From assembly GCA_043228905.1 (NCBI GenBank), contig JBHGNT010000006.1, forward strand, positions 620,001 through 684,000: a DNA stretch of 64,000 bases. Direction: 5' to 3'. A program made the translations under genes and the position numbers. Position 1 is the first letter of the stretch. Every line of letters begins with the position of its first letter. Below are positions 1-13,311 of the stretch, piece after piece. The DNA is from Azolla caroliniana (lineage: Eukaryota > Plantae > Polypodiophyta). Below the pieces are notes generated by a model. The model searched no databases, was not told the origin of the DNA, and worked only from the letters and a program-made list of their open reading frames with translations.

Positions 1-3000
1 GAAAAGTGGAATTCATGATGGATTATAATATACTTTACATCTATGGAAAGTAGTAGCCTCTTCTCAGTAGTTTTGGTTGTCAATGGTCTTCCATATTTTA
101 GAGGACATTTATGTTGTAGAGAACAAGAGTACAATTGAGGTGAGATGTCACACGGGGTTTTGGGATTGGTCAACATGACCAATCTTACCTTCTTGTTGTT
201 TATCTCTAGTTAAATGTCCATTAATTTTCATTTCTTGAACAAGCAAACAAGATACAGAATATACATAGTTGTGGTCTAATAGACCACTTTGGTGGTGTTT
301 TTGGAGACCGTAAAAACCCTTCGTCTTCTTGTTCTTGTTCTTCTTATACATACGGTACTAGTGAGAAACATAAAACCTCTTTTTTTATTTTTAAACTATC
401 AAATATGTCACTTTTGAGAAAAATAAGAACATGTTCAATTTTGTGTATACATAAAAGAGCTAGTCCAAAGGCCTACGACACATTGCAACAAAACATATGT
501 TATGCACACGTACATGTAACTAGTGCCATGCTAAGGAACATCATCTTGAAACAAATAGCCAAAAGTGCATTAAGACAAGTTACAATGAAGTGATATCGCA
601 ATATTGTTGGGAAATAACAAATTGACGATGGCAACGTAAAATTAAAAAGTTGGTATAAATAATATTATCTTCATATGAAGCATGGTTATCAGTACTAAAT
701 ATTTTACAAGTACACGTTTAAACTTTAATCCGTATTATTACTAGTTCAATCATATTATGTTGATCTCATCCAAGACATCTAAATACTATGTATTGATATT
801 GAAACCATGGTTGTGTTAATGAGTATGATCTTTTCGTAGTTTGGTGCTTTCTTTAATATCGTATGGAAGTCAAGATGATGGGATATATTTACCAATATTA
901 TTTCTTTTGTATCGAATTTACTTGTTGCAATATGATGGTGAGAGGTGTCGTGTACGTATCTTCTATTGTTTTGCCAAGTGATGACATAGTTGTCAGGGGT
1001 GTAATTATCAACATTGGTCAATATACTCCATATTTTGTTACATACTCTTTAGCAAGGGTTTAAGAACCTTTCCCCCATGGACGAGATTGTGCAGGCCACC
1101 ATAAACATATTTGTTTGAAATGCCAAAATGTAAGATATACTGTGTTTGTGAAACCTATAGTTGAGCTAAAACATGTGATGGTCAAGCCACAAACATGAAT
1201 TATTCCCTAATCTAGAAAGAGACACTTGACAATTGACTTGTATGATTGCAAGTGATGCATGCACTAGTAAATACATATTGGGTAGCTAATGAAGTAAAGA
1301 TCATGCATCAAGAGCAAAGTTGATAACCTTACACATGTGTCCAAGTTTGATGTACAATGAAAAAAATACAACTAGATTTTTGGACCACTTTTGAGAAATA
1401 TTTGATCGTAGTACATTACTTGTGCCATCTTCAGCATTGCTTGTGAAAGAAAGACAAAAATACTAGTATTGATCTCGATATTGAGCTGCTTCTCCAAGAG
1501 GAGCAAACTATTAACTTTTCTATATTTCCAATTACAAGTGGGACAACCACATGTAGTGGAAAACATGTGTAAAGCCAACAAGCCTATACTTGCAAATAGG
1601 ATAAATCATAAAATGTCATGTCACATACTAGATAAGAAGAATTTCAATGTGAATAAAGTGGATGATAATTGTAAGTTTTATGGAAACGTAAACATTTTGC
1701 AAAAGGATTGTGGGAAGAAACTTGTGGAATGAGATCTTGTATTATCGTCTAAAGTAAAGGTGAAGTGAACATACATGTTAAAACTTAAGATGTAAGTGTT
1801 GTAGATGATAATGATGATGAAAGATGTTCCACATTTTCCTTACAAATGTGACAAGGCACAAATTATGGTGGTTGTGCACAAATTACTAATGCTCAAATAT
1901 TGTAGCAAAGGGATGACATCTATAAATTGCGACATACGTCATAGCCATGTGGGGGATAGATAATTATTGTATCATTGAAGCAAACCCCCATGTAGGGTTT
2001 TCTTCAAGTGGTACCTTAGGTCTTGAACACATATCAATCTTGAAAGTTGATTTCCTAGAGCCTCTTGCTTGATTGATGATTGAGATGCCTTCCGTTTGTA
2101 TGTTGGGTGGGTATCAAACTAAGAATTTGAGACATGTCTTGCCTAGAGGAGTAACAACAAAAGGAAGATAAGCACCATTGCCTTGGATATACTTATTACA
2201 AATAAGTTGTTGGTAATAATGCTAGAAACACTACATTAGGGCATTATTAGTCCTTTTGGAATTTAGGGGGCGTAAGACATAGCTCACTTTATCATTCAAG
2301 TTAGAGCACAAAGATTTATTGGAATTTTAGCATTGTGTAAAGAGTGTCGTGGATGTCAAATGTGTCAATTTTGAGAAAACATAATGCACACTTCATTGTA
2401 AAATATTTTAAAGTTTTATTAGATGCATTGCTACAATGCTATCGTCTTTTCTCTTTGTATTAAAGAGTATTGTTGAAAGTGTGTAAATTCAAATGTTATT
2501 GAGCCATTTTTTAGGAGCATATCCTTAATGTGTGTGATCTCAACTAAATTGGAAAACTATTATGCAGAAGCAAACACAAGTTATGAACGATTCTCAACTC
2601 AATTTAGAAATCATTTGTATAATGAGCGATGCTACCGATTTGAACCCATGCTTTTTTATCTTGCAAAAGATAAATTTCACCATGATATTTCTATGTCTCC
2701 ATTTCCACCACAAATGATTGGGTATAACTCAAGGATTTTGTTGGTACCATGGTTTATGAGCGAAGAGGTGTTGTATTAAGGTGGAGTCAAGGATCTTTCA
2801 AGAAACTATAAGAGAATATATGCTTTTAGTAGTTGCGCACTAAAATTCAGCTCGAAGTGGCTCTAATCAAATTGATATACCATTGGAAGACATTTGAAAG
2901 ACATTGTTTGATTTCCTCCAAGTTTATTAGTGACTTCTAAACTAGGATGCCAAATTCCACGGTCTGTTTTTAGAGGCACCTTAATCAACCAATGTAATAA

Positions 3001-4271
3001 GACAAACTCCTCAAGAGAAGATTATTCTAGTGTCTTTCAATTTGTAGAATTTGTAATAAAGAGACTATTACCAAATTCTTTTGAATCTAAACCCAAATTT
3101 CAGCACTACAAGCTCTACTAGGAGGTTGCTTTGTATGGGACACAATATGAAATAGGTATACAACGGTTTAACACTACCATAAGAAACTTAAGTCATAATG
3201 CATGAGAACTTTGAACAAAAAACCATCTCCATTAGCTTTATCGAGTCATAGTAGGCCGTTGAGGATCATTTTGAATTTCCGATTCATCCTCATGCATGAA
3301 AACATTAAAGCCACCTTGATCTCAACAATTTTTCAACCCTCTTCAAACGTCCATCCTAGAATTGATCTCCTAACAAAAACATCTTGAACCAACAAGCTCT
3401 TGTTCTTCCAATTCACCCCTATCATGCTAAATGTATATTGTATGGCTAGTTACGCAAATACCAAAGCTTATATATTTTGTGTACCTTGTGTGTTCTCTTA
3501 ACATGTCATTCGTACTTCTAAGTGTCATGAAGATAACATTAGGTTAGATCATACATAATATTCATTTATCCTTTCGTAGACCTATGGTTAACACCTATGA
3601 ACAAATGTAAAACATTATAAAATATGATAAATAATTTAGTGCTTGAGTGAATTTGTAACATTCTAAAGTTGGCAAATAAAGAAAACAAATCAAAGTTAGG
3701 GTTCAAATGGCATCATATACATCCTTAGAAAAAGTTTATGAAATAATTAAATAAATTTCTTGCTACCTTCAATTGTACACAAACCAATTTAAGAAGAGAT
3801 TTAAAACTAGAAAGTAACATGTTCTTTGTTGTGAATACTTAATAACAATTTCTTTGTTGTGACATGTAATGTTTTGGCTTATTTTGTAAAAGAACCAAAG
3901 AAATACATACCAACATAACACTAAAACATATAAATTCTTTCAATCATGGAAAAAGTATGTAACTATATTTTCGTAATAGGAGGAAACAATCTAAATCGAT
4001 CTAGACAACATGTTTTTCTCATTAGTATATTTGCTAAAGACGTCAACTATGTTAAAAATCTCTACACATCTAAGCTAGCTAGAAAGATATTAAACCTTAG
4101 TGCATTCGCCCACAATTGTCATCTAAGTGTGTTTGATCTTGTGTAACACTTCTTACTTGATACATCTTCGGGCCTTGAATGAACGTAAAAGTCGATGGAT
4201 TCAATATTGTCATTATGAACGTAAAAGTTGATGGATTCAACTTCCAACTACGTATGCATTATAATACTTGG

Positions 4272-4782
4272 GCTCTGATTCAATAACTCGGAATTTTTTG
4301 AAGAGATATGGATGATGGTGGTTTGTTTATCGGTCAAGCACATTTGGACCAGGTGTTGTAAGTTTGTTTTTCAACAGCAAAAGATCCCTAACGGTGAGGT
4401 GTTGTTAAATATCTTGTTCAAGCTGGTATCTTGGTTACGGGGATTCTGATGCAACTGAAAGAGCTCGGTCAAAGTTCCTATTGAAATGGGGTAGTTCTCC
4501 TATGGTGGGCAGATCATCATCAGGGCCTAAATGGAACTACCAAGCACCCTGATGGTTGTTTCCCCCAATGGCTTCCATCAGTGCCCATGTGTTGTAACTA
4601 TGTATAGAGATGGTACAAATTACTAGGTTATAGGACTTGTGGATACTTTTGTTGTAAATGAGGTGGGGACTATGTCCACTTTGGTGAGAAGGCCTGAGTG
4701 AGGGTTGTTGAATTTTTGGTGGTCTATGATGTAATTATTTGCTAACTAATGCGAAGTAGTGTTTTTTTTGGGAAAAAAAAAA
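4272..4782 (+). mobile_element. 5'-truncated LINE (L1-like) 3' end with poly(A) tail
   Basis: Translates FNNSEFFEEIWMMVVCLSVKHIWTRCCKFVFQQQKIP, like the W..IW..R...VF motif at LINE ORF2 C-termini. Ends in an A-run at 4773-4782 and is flanked by a 63-bp direct repeat (4209-4271 / 4783-4845). Confidence 0.7.
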
Positions 4783-7700
4783 GTCGCTATGAACGTAAAA
4801 GTTGATGGATTCAACTTCCAACTACATATGCATTATAATACTTGGTCTACAAACATCACTAATGACATATAAAGTGCACGTGCAAAACCCTCGAGTAGTT
4901 CTAGAAATATACATTCTTGAAGGAAAAACATCATGTTTAGTCATAATATTGAAGTATGTGAGTATTGTATGTTCTAAGATTTATTACAACCACCATAATT
5001 TCTAGCACATGTTCTTGCCGTGATTCAACAAGCGTAAAACACAGAGAAGTGATATGTCTTCCAAATATGCATGCATGCATGTATCTCTCTATACACAACA
5101 ATAATCACTATACAAAGATACAAATCCTTAGAAGAGTATGTGTTATTAACATGCCATTTATGGTGTTTTTTTTATCTCCTTGATTGATTGTGGCAATTTC
5201 CTAGACCCCCAAGTGGAAGTAAAATATCTTCTTCTTCTTTTGTATCATGATGCATGCCCATTTGTGATTATTTTGTATACATGTGTAAGTATCCGCCACC
5301 GGGGTGAATGAAGGTTGTTGAAGCAAAGTTATGATGGAGAAGATGATATGATGAGACGAGAGGAAAAAGGGCAATTCCCCAAAGCTCCACTACAAATAAA
5401 TAGATTGCACTTCAATACATACACTAATAGTGTCACCTAATGTGTGTGTGTGTGTTGCTATTGCGTGAACTTCATTCAAGAATTCCTTGGGTATGGTTTA
5501 CTCTAAACTAGCCCTCCCCAAGCTCCATTCTCAATTTTGAGATCATGCTATGAGTAGTGAGGAAGATGATTGCCCTTCTCATTTGCAAACAGTAATTGTT
5601 GCCAGACTCCATCTCTTAAATAATTTGTCGTTTCTTCCTTACTCCTTGCATCCATTGAATTGGTAGGGATTATGTCCTTTACTTTAGCCACATACTTAAG
5701 GATCCTCATCAGATCCTCAATTTCAATGGGTATCACCACCATCTTAAGGAGCATCACAAAGTGTGGTGTAGTTTCCTTCACAACAATGTGGCATCATATG
5801 AATATCTTTTATACCTTCCCTAGGTCATTCCATCTAGGGAGGTTGTGCTTCCTCCCCAAACTTCCAGTCTATGTAAAAAGACTCAAAATTATTGATGTGT
5901 TGAAACATTTATCTAAAGGACACACATGGAGTAACACCTAATATCTTAATGAAATAAATGTTTAGCAACTACTAATGTTCGAACTTTGAAGCATTGCGAT
6001 TTGTTCCTTAATAATAAGAATGTCAAAGATGTGAAAAAAATGGAATACCAAGGGGGATAACCTACATAAAATAATGGAAACAACCATAGTAACTCATTTT
6101 CCTTATGTAAGGTGAACATTGACGAGACATGATAGGGATTGAGATATTGAGTTAAGATTCCAATGACGTAGTAACCTCTTGCATTTCAAGGGACATTCTA
6201 GGAAGACACACTTCGACACTTAAGTAAGATCACCAAATACACTTGCAACTCTATCATCTCGATTCCCAATTGAATAGAACCCAACTCTATTGTCCCAATC
6301 GAATAGCCTCTTGCCACTTGGATTGTAATGGAGAAATAGAAGTTGGGTAAAAAACACTTTTTGGGACTCCAAATCATCAAAACCACTTGCTAATACCGTC
6401 TTGTTGAGGAATTGCTTCAACAAAACCAAAGCAACTCATTCTCATAAATAAGAACCTCAAATATGCACAAAATATGGGGTTTATGAGGATGAGAAAGAAA
6501 TGTTCACAAAGACACATGTTGAGATAGAGATAATCAGAAACACTTGCCGGTCACACAACCTTATAGATTCAGTTTCCTGCATTAGCAACTGTTTAAGTAC
6601 ATGCAAAATAAAAGGTGTGCTTGGAGAGGCTCAATCAAGGTCCCAATGGAGGTAGTACCTACCTTCTTACCACTTACCAACATCCAAAGTGCATGGAGGG
6701 CTTCATACAGCCTTCAGCCTGGCTATGTGGAGAATCTAAGCTTTTTATGGGAGTGTACCTTTTGTATGAATAATCAACCAAATTTAAAAGAAAAGTGAAT
6801 CACGCTAACAAAATCAAGCATCAAAATTTAAAAAATTCTGCTTAACATTAAAATTTGGTTTAGCTGATTGTCTAAAGCTATTGCGTGCAATACACATATA
6901 TATATCTAGACATGCTTCGCCAGACCTGCGCTCCGCAGGGTTCCGGCTATATGTTACATAAAACCACTCACACTTGGAAAAGTAAATAATTATTGAGTGA
7001 CATTACCAACACTTCAAATTCAGAAAAGTTACAACCAGATTTCCTGTTCCACAATAGTGTCAAAAGAGTAATACAGAAAACGAATATAAGAATGGAGATC
7101 CAAAAATATCCAAAACTAGATTAAGAAATCCCAAATTGGATTCATAGGACTTGCAAAAACAGCCAATCCTAGTACACATTTGCAATTTTGCGATAGATAA
7201 ATACCTGCATCAAACATTTTGTTATCAGTTTCACCTCACTAATGAAAGTAAACTAAGCAGACAATTTAGTAGGTACACATTTAGTAGTTAAAGTAATTAC
7301 TGTCAATAGTCTCATTGTTACATACCTAGACATATGGATGGATGCTAGTCAGGCCCTTAATTGGCAAGGTTTCACATGAAACTTTGCAATCAATCATGAA
7401 GTTTCAAAATTCAAAACAGAACTGCAGTTCATTCTAATTACTCTACATTATCTGTAGATAATCAGTATTTTATGTATATTTTGTTAAGTTCCAAATCCAC
7501 AGATTTTATTCACTATTTTTTACAGTATTAACTGCTGCATTAACTGGTACATTCAGATTACCTTGTTTCATTGTAGACAATGTGCAAGCAAATATTGTAC
7601 AGTTCAGAGTTTTGCCTATCTACTAGTATTATGATGCACATCAAAATATGCCGATGTACCAGCCGTGCAATATCAACTAAGGCAAAATCTGTCTCAAAGT

Positions 7701-8904
7701 ATCTAAGATAATCTCTGAAGAGAAAATTAAAAAGACAAGAAGGTCCCAGCCTTTTGGTACACATTAAAAGAAAAATCTTACACAAAGTCCTATTAGGGGT
7801 ACATATTTTTATAGCTACTAGGTAGTATGTGTTGATAGATTTCACCATGGAATAATAGAACCCTAAGCAGTATGTGGGATGGAAACATGCCTTCAATGGC
7901 CATGATATATTAGCACAGTTCTGATCCACGTTTAATATACATTTTGAAGGAGCGTCCTTATGCATGCATATTTAAGTTAACCTCATAACACTAATAAAAA
8001 GAGGGGGAAAGGTGGAGGTGTTAAAAGGTAAAATGGAATATAGTTGGAGTGGATCAGATATTACACATTTTGTTAGACCATGAAGTTTCAAAAGAAATAT
8101 GGTACCTCAAATTTTCCTAATTATTCTAGAGTACCTACAGAAAAGTATAATATTTGCAGCATAGATCCAGATATTGAGTATCAAAGTATATTTGTAATTA
8201 GAATTTAGGAGTTTGGATATTAAAATATATGCAGCACAGAGGTCCCAGAAGTCTGCAATTCTGTCAATTCACTCGTGCTAACAGCATCTCAATCCCTCCC
8301 ATAATTGATCGTGAGATTAGAAATAAAGAGGGATGTTGTTAACTCCCTCTATAGTTCAGGTATGGTTTGAGTTTTAAGAACCCATTGCGCAGTGTACAAA
8401 AGAAAAATGCAAGGGTCTCTCTTTCAATTCACCGAATCTAAAAACATAGTCATAACTCTTTACTTCTTGGAGTTCATTCACTGAAGTTGTCTGAGATGAG
8501 ATCTTTTAGGACAACCAGTTGTGCATAAAGCTAGCCATAAATCCAGCTCACAGAAAAAGTACCACTCTACATCTAAATTATCAGGTCAACTAAAGTTCAC
8601 ATCAATATGGGTGTGGAATCTAAACAATGTAAGTGTCCTTTGTGATTGGATTCCTTTCTTCTAATGTAAAGATTCTGGAACATTAAGTTAACCAAAGTTT
8701 ACATTAAGGGGGTGCTGGAGTCAACACAATGTAAACATACACTGTTATAACTAGATTCCCTATTTTTTTTTATCAACATAAATTCAGCATTTAAATTGAG
8801 GAGGAAGTATGGAAATCAACATAAGGCAAATTAATGTCGTTATTTCTCATTTTCAAATAAGTGCTCCTCAAATAAACTCTTTTATGACCTTTAAAATCAA
8901 CTAA

Positions 8905-9020
8905 TTATCACATCTATGTCTTCTCAAATAAATATGTTTCACATCTATGCCTTATTAAATCAGCTCATTTTCACACCTCTGTCTTCCCAAATCAACTTCT
9001 TTTCACGTCTATTTACTCTC
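8905..9020. repeat. Degenerate ~31-bp minisatellite
   Basis: About 4 diverged copies of tttcacatctatgtcttctcaaat... Confidence 0.55.
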
Positions 9021-9329
9021 AGATAGACTAAGCTAAATCTTATCTCCATCTCAGGACCATGATCTCAACTACAATCATATTCGTTTCTCGAGTTTCTTCT
9101 TCAACTATGACCAATATTTTATCTAAACCATGGCAGACGATTGTCTTCATAAATTCTGACACACATTTTTCTTCTTCTTCAAGTATAGGGTTCAGCATCT
9201 CATTCATCCAATAAGTTTTTCCCGATTCATAACGTCTATGAAACAGAGAAAAGAATGGAATAAGAAAAAAACCAGGAAAAGAGAGGAGAAGTACCGTGAA
9301 ACAGAAGAAAGAAACGTTTACTTTCTTCT

Positions 9330-9449
9330 TTAGATCAAAATCTTGGAGACGAAGAAGGCCATGAAACATAAAAACACGAGGATGAAGAGGTAGTCGAGCA
9401 ACTGAAAGACAAAGGGAGACATTGCGTTCTTCTCGATCTGTCCCGCCAT
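9330..9449 (-). CDS. Candidate 39-aa single-pass membrane microprotein
   Basis: MAGQIEKNAMSPFVFQLLDYLFILVFLCFMAFFVSKILI*, ATG in good context (gctATGG). Putative donor cacg|GTACTT at 9294, acceptor tgcAG at 7205-7207, and 3'UTR-like sequence ~6960-7204. Family not recognised. Confidence 0.5.
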   Translation of the reverse strand: MAGQIEKNAMSPFVFQLLDYLFILVFLCFMAFFVSKILI

Positions 9450-9514
9450 AGCCCTTTCCGAAGCAGACACGGAGAGCTTTCTTCGTAGGTCGTTTTGAGA
9501 AGAAAATACATACA

Positions 9515-9764
9515 TAATATATAATACAGTTGCCAAACCGCCCTCGGTGGGAAATCTGTCTTCTCGCAATACCACAAATTTTGTGGTTCCAACTTCCGGG
9601 AGAAAGCTTTTGCGTTTGCTTTCGCTCCGGAGAACATCCAATTATCATTTGGCCTCACAAACAAAAAGGTATGGGATGGTGTTTACAAGGGCCGCGATAC
9701 AACCTCAATACAATGCGTTTGTTTATAGCGGCGAGGCCGTATATGAATAATGAATGAATGGGCT
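9515..9764 (-). promoter_or_regulatory. Putative promoter of the small-ORF gene
   Basis: TATA-like tattatatattat at ~9515-9527, site II motif TGGGCT at 9759-9764, locally CpG-rich. Confidence 0.3.
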
Positions 9765-10422
9765 ACAAGCCCTCTCTCATGGGTTGTACGATTTGTTATT
9801 ATGCAATCCATCGGAATTACCAACGGATGAAGCCCGTCCCCCCCCCCCCCTTCCCCCAAAACCAAATTGTACAGTTGGTTGCATAGATTGTACAGTCGAT
9901 TGCACAAAGAATGTTAGATGGGTCATGGATGACTCACGTAGGGAGTAAGAAAACAACATTCTCAAAGCTTTCCTGTCTTCATCAAGAGCTTACCCATCAT
10001 GTTGATGGTTGGTTGGTCCATGTTCAAGTAATTGAGGAATAAAAACACACGCACTAAAAATGTAGATTGCATAGGACCCCTTTTTTAGAGTGTATGGGGG
10101 CATTCATCTCGTCTTAATCTTGACCATTCTCCATTAATTAGACAAGTGTTTTCTTGTTTATACCATTCAAAGATTGCTCAGTACTGTTCTTAGAAATAAA
10201 AAGAAGGTTATTCTTGTCTTCCCTTTCTCCATGATGCTTAGTAGCAAAGAGCACATAATATTAGGTTAACAAACTTCAAAGTTAACACACCCCATGGAAT
10301 TCATGGATCCATGCCTAAATCCTACTCTAGCTTAGAACCTTAGGGCATGGGAAAGCTATTAGTGCATCTATGGAGATTACCAATGTGAAACATTCTTTAA
10401 AATTCAAAGACAATGGCCAAAT

Positions 10423-10708
10423 GTACTTGCTTAGAAACATCATCTCCATGATACAATGAAATTGCAGTATCTTTTTCCTTGGCTTGGGCTTGTAGAACCG
10501 TCACTTCCCTAATGCCTACATCTCTATTCATATATGGCATTGGTATTCAAATATGGGCATTAAACGTACTTGCTTAGAAACATCATCCCCATGATGCAAT
10601 GAAATTGCATTATCTTTTTCCTTGGCTTGGGCTTGTAGAACTGTCACTTCCCTAATGCCAACATCTCTATTCATATATGTCATTGGTGTTCAAATATGGG
10701 CATTAAAC
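10423..10708. repeat. 143-bp tandem duplication
   Basis: 10423-10565 and 10566-10708 are near-identical with a few substitutions. Confidence 0.95.
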
Positions 10709-11440
10709 TTCTCAAATTTAAACTAGTTAGACAGCTAATGTATTGTAGGAAACAGTAAAGGTTGAGTCACCATTAGGGCATGTTTGGTTGAAAACTTTTG
10801 GAACACCTTTGAAGGCACGATGACATATATACATATATCAATTAATTATTCTGTGCTCTAATATTTGGTATACACAATATTGTCAAATAATTATGGTGGA
10901 CTCCATATAATTCATCTAATGCTGAGAGAGATGGAATAGAAATGGCACAATTACAATGGATACAAATATTAATGAACAAAAGAAATCACAAGAAGCATGT
11001 CTAAGCTATCGATACAGCTATCCAGAATAGATGGGTACATTCTCTATCATTGCATCAGCTTCAATGGATACTAATTCAATGAGCGCATGGTTTGCCAAGT
11101 TACCAATGCCTGAATTCCAATCAGTAGAGTGTACAATGTACAAGGTGGACATCTCTTCTTTCTAAGTGTACAAATTTTCATCTCCAACTTGACATGGAGC
11201 TTCAAGCTCAGCCAGGCCTTATTGGAAGTTTCTTTATTTGTTTTATCTTTTTTGCTAGTTGTCACTAAAGAAAACCCGATAGAAATAGAGTCAAAGAATT
11301 AGCACACAGTATGTTTGTGAGCACCTGTAGCCAGTTATTATACTTTATAGACATTCAATCCCACGGCCTTCCAGGAATGACATCTGAGGAAATGGCACCA
11401 GACTCAGCAATAACACATGCTCACACTTGGACCGCACAAA

Positions 11441-13258
11441 TCAGAAGGCCGATGAATTCATGCCATCAGACCTCCCCGCGTTCGTTCTAAAATAATGACT
11501 TGGTAGCATTGAGTCTTCTCCACCTTGGCCAGCTGAGTTCTCCTTGAGAATAGCCAACAATGCACGTGCTTTCTCTTGGGCTCGGGATGCCCCGTCATCA
11601 GCCAATGACATTAATAACTCTTGAGCACCTGCCTTTAGAGCTATGGATTTGAACCTCATGTTCCCTTGAGACAAAAGCAAGAGAACAGCTGCTGCTTGTT
11701 CTGGAATATCAGCTGCCTCTCTACTAGCTCGTATAGCTAGAAGCCTAACTAATCTCACGATTCCATTGACCTCAAGAATACTTGCTCTGCCTTCAGGAAC
11801 TGCCGCAATGTTGATGAGGATGAGGAGGGATCGTGACGCAAGGTCAGGCTTGTCTTGAGACTCTGCCAAATCAAGGAGTATAGGAACAGCCCCCAACTTA
11901 ACAAGCTTAGATTTGTTGGATTGGTAAAGAGACAGATGGTAAAGAGCCATAGCTGCATCCTGGCATGCTCTAGGGGTTCCCGAGAGGAGAAGCTGGATGA
12001 GAGGCGGGATGGCATTAAGGACTCCAAATGGATTCTTGTTCTCATCGGCAAGGGCGAGGCTGAAGACAGCACCGGCAGCATGCTCTTGTGCCTCATGCGA
12101 ACCCGTGCTAAGGAGCGACACAATGAAGGGTATTGCCCCAGCTCGCACAATGCTCACCTTGTTTTGCTTCTCTATGGATAAGTTCACGAGGGCGGCCACC
12201 CCATTGACCTGAACCTCAGGTATGGGTGAGCGGAGGAGGGGTAAGATAGCTTGGATGATTGCCGGGGAGCAAAGAGAGATACGACTCTCAGCGGAAGTTC
12301 GGCTGAGCTGCCGGAGCTCGGCCACCGCTTCTCCTTGCTGCTCTGGGTCTCTGAGCTTCTGGATGAGCCAATTTTCAGGTTCTGCCGAGTCAGGTATTCT
12401 GTGGTGATCATTGTCGGGATTGTCGGCCCTGTACGAAGCAGGCCGTGTGGCGAGATCAGGTGGCAACTCACGATTGGCAGGGGTTTCACTGGCTGTGGAT
12501 GGAGAGTTTCGCATTGCCTGGTTTCCCTCGAATGTGTGGTATTTTCCAAAATTATGAAATGAGTTTCCTTTCAGATGAAGCCCATGAGGTCGGGATGAGG
12601 GTCCACTAGACCATGTGACTGGACCTCCATAGGGTCTAGGCCTCGGCTTATTTTCTTCCTCAACGTTAGCATTATTCACAGAAGGATTAGACTTCTCATC
12701 TTGCACTTCATGCACCATCAGTTTCTCATCTACGGCATGAGCCAGAGGAGCATTTATATATGCCTCTGATACTCTTTCACCTTTGGAAACCGAAATTTGT
12801 TCTTTATGCACTGATACCCCGGTGTGAGGCATCACACCATCATCATCACCGTTATCATCATCATTACCATTGGGAGCATGCTGATTTGCCAAAGTTGACT
12901 CATTAGATGGGCCACTCGGGCTCAACCCAGTCATTCGTCTTGATGCTTCCATCTCTGAGATCAATCGTTGAGCCAATGCATGTGCCAGTTCATGAGAAGG
13001 AGAAATAGGAAATACCTGAATCCCCCTTGACTTGGCCAAGTTCGCGATGGCATTCTTCACTGCCATGTTCGGGATCATGAATGCACTAGTCAAACTAGTG
13101 TTCTGTTTCAAACAAGTATTCTGACCAAGCTCGAGCCAAGCTTCTATGCATCTGCGCTCATAGGTCTCGCCTGAAGTAACGATGACAGGGTCCGCCATGA
13201 CCGATCTCGAGATAGGGCAGACCAGTTCAGGAGGCCAATATGAAGGGTGAAGATCCAT
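11441..13258 (-). CDS. Plant U-box/ARM-repeat E3 ubiquitin ligase (PUB38-41-like), intronless, 605 aa
   Basis: N-terminal U-box (PPELVCPISRSVMADPVIVTSGETYERRCIEAWL...IPNMAVKNAI), low-complexity linker, and ARM repeats (VAALVNLSIEKQNKVSIVRAGAIP; AQEHAAGAVFSLALADENK; DAAMALYHLSL). Confidence 0.95.
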   Translation of the reverse strand: MDLHPSYWPPELVCPISRSVMADPVIVTSGETYERRCIEAWLELGQNTCLKQNTSLTSAFMIPNMAVKNAIANLAKSRGIQVFPISPSHELAHALAQRLISEMEASRRMTGLSPSGPSNESTLANQHAPNGNDDDNGDDDGVMPHTGVSVHKEQISVSKGERVSEAYINAPLAHAVDEKLMVHEVQDEKSNPSVNNANVEEENKPRPRPYGGPVTWSSGPSSRPHGLHLKGNSFHNFGKYHTFEGNQAMRNSPSTASETPANRELPPDLATRPASYRADNPDNDHHRIPDSAEPENWLIQKLRDPEQQGEAVAELRQLSRTSAESRISLCSPAIIQAILPLLRSPIPEVQVNGVAALVNLSIEKQNKVSIVRAGAIPFIVSLLSTGSHEAQEHAAGAVFSLALADENKNPFGVLNAIPPLIQLLLSGTPRACQDAAMALYHLSLYQSNKSKLVKLGAVPILLDLAESQDKPDLASRSLLILINIAAVPEGRASILEVNGIVRLVRLLAIRASREAADIPEQAAAVLLLLSQGNMRFKSIALKAGAQELLMSLADDGASRAQEKARALLAILKENSAGQGGEDSMLPSHYFRTNAGRSDGMNSSAF

Positions 13259-13277
13259 GGCTACCGCAGAGAAAGCC

Positions 13278-13311
13278 CTTCTTCTTCTTCTTCTTCTTCT
13301 TCTTCTTCTTC
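13278..13311. repeat. (CTT/GAA)n microsatellite just upstream of the PUB start codon
   Basis: About 11 CTT units. Confidence 0.9.

Noticed and set aside
1-6800. Short ORF fragments suggesting a decayed TE or endogenous virus
   Set aside because: Apart from the LINE piece at 4272-4782, no diagnostic motif was recognised; needs a translated homology search.
6879-6950. Two small hairpins near CTAG resembling a Helitron 3' end
   Set aside because: CTAG is not followed by T, and no matching 5' end or Rep/helicase was found.
9040-9648. 202-aa ORF
   Set aside because: Crosses the putative promoter, exon and intron, has low-complexity composition and no domain.
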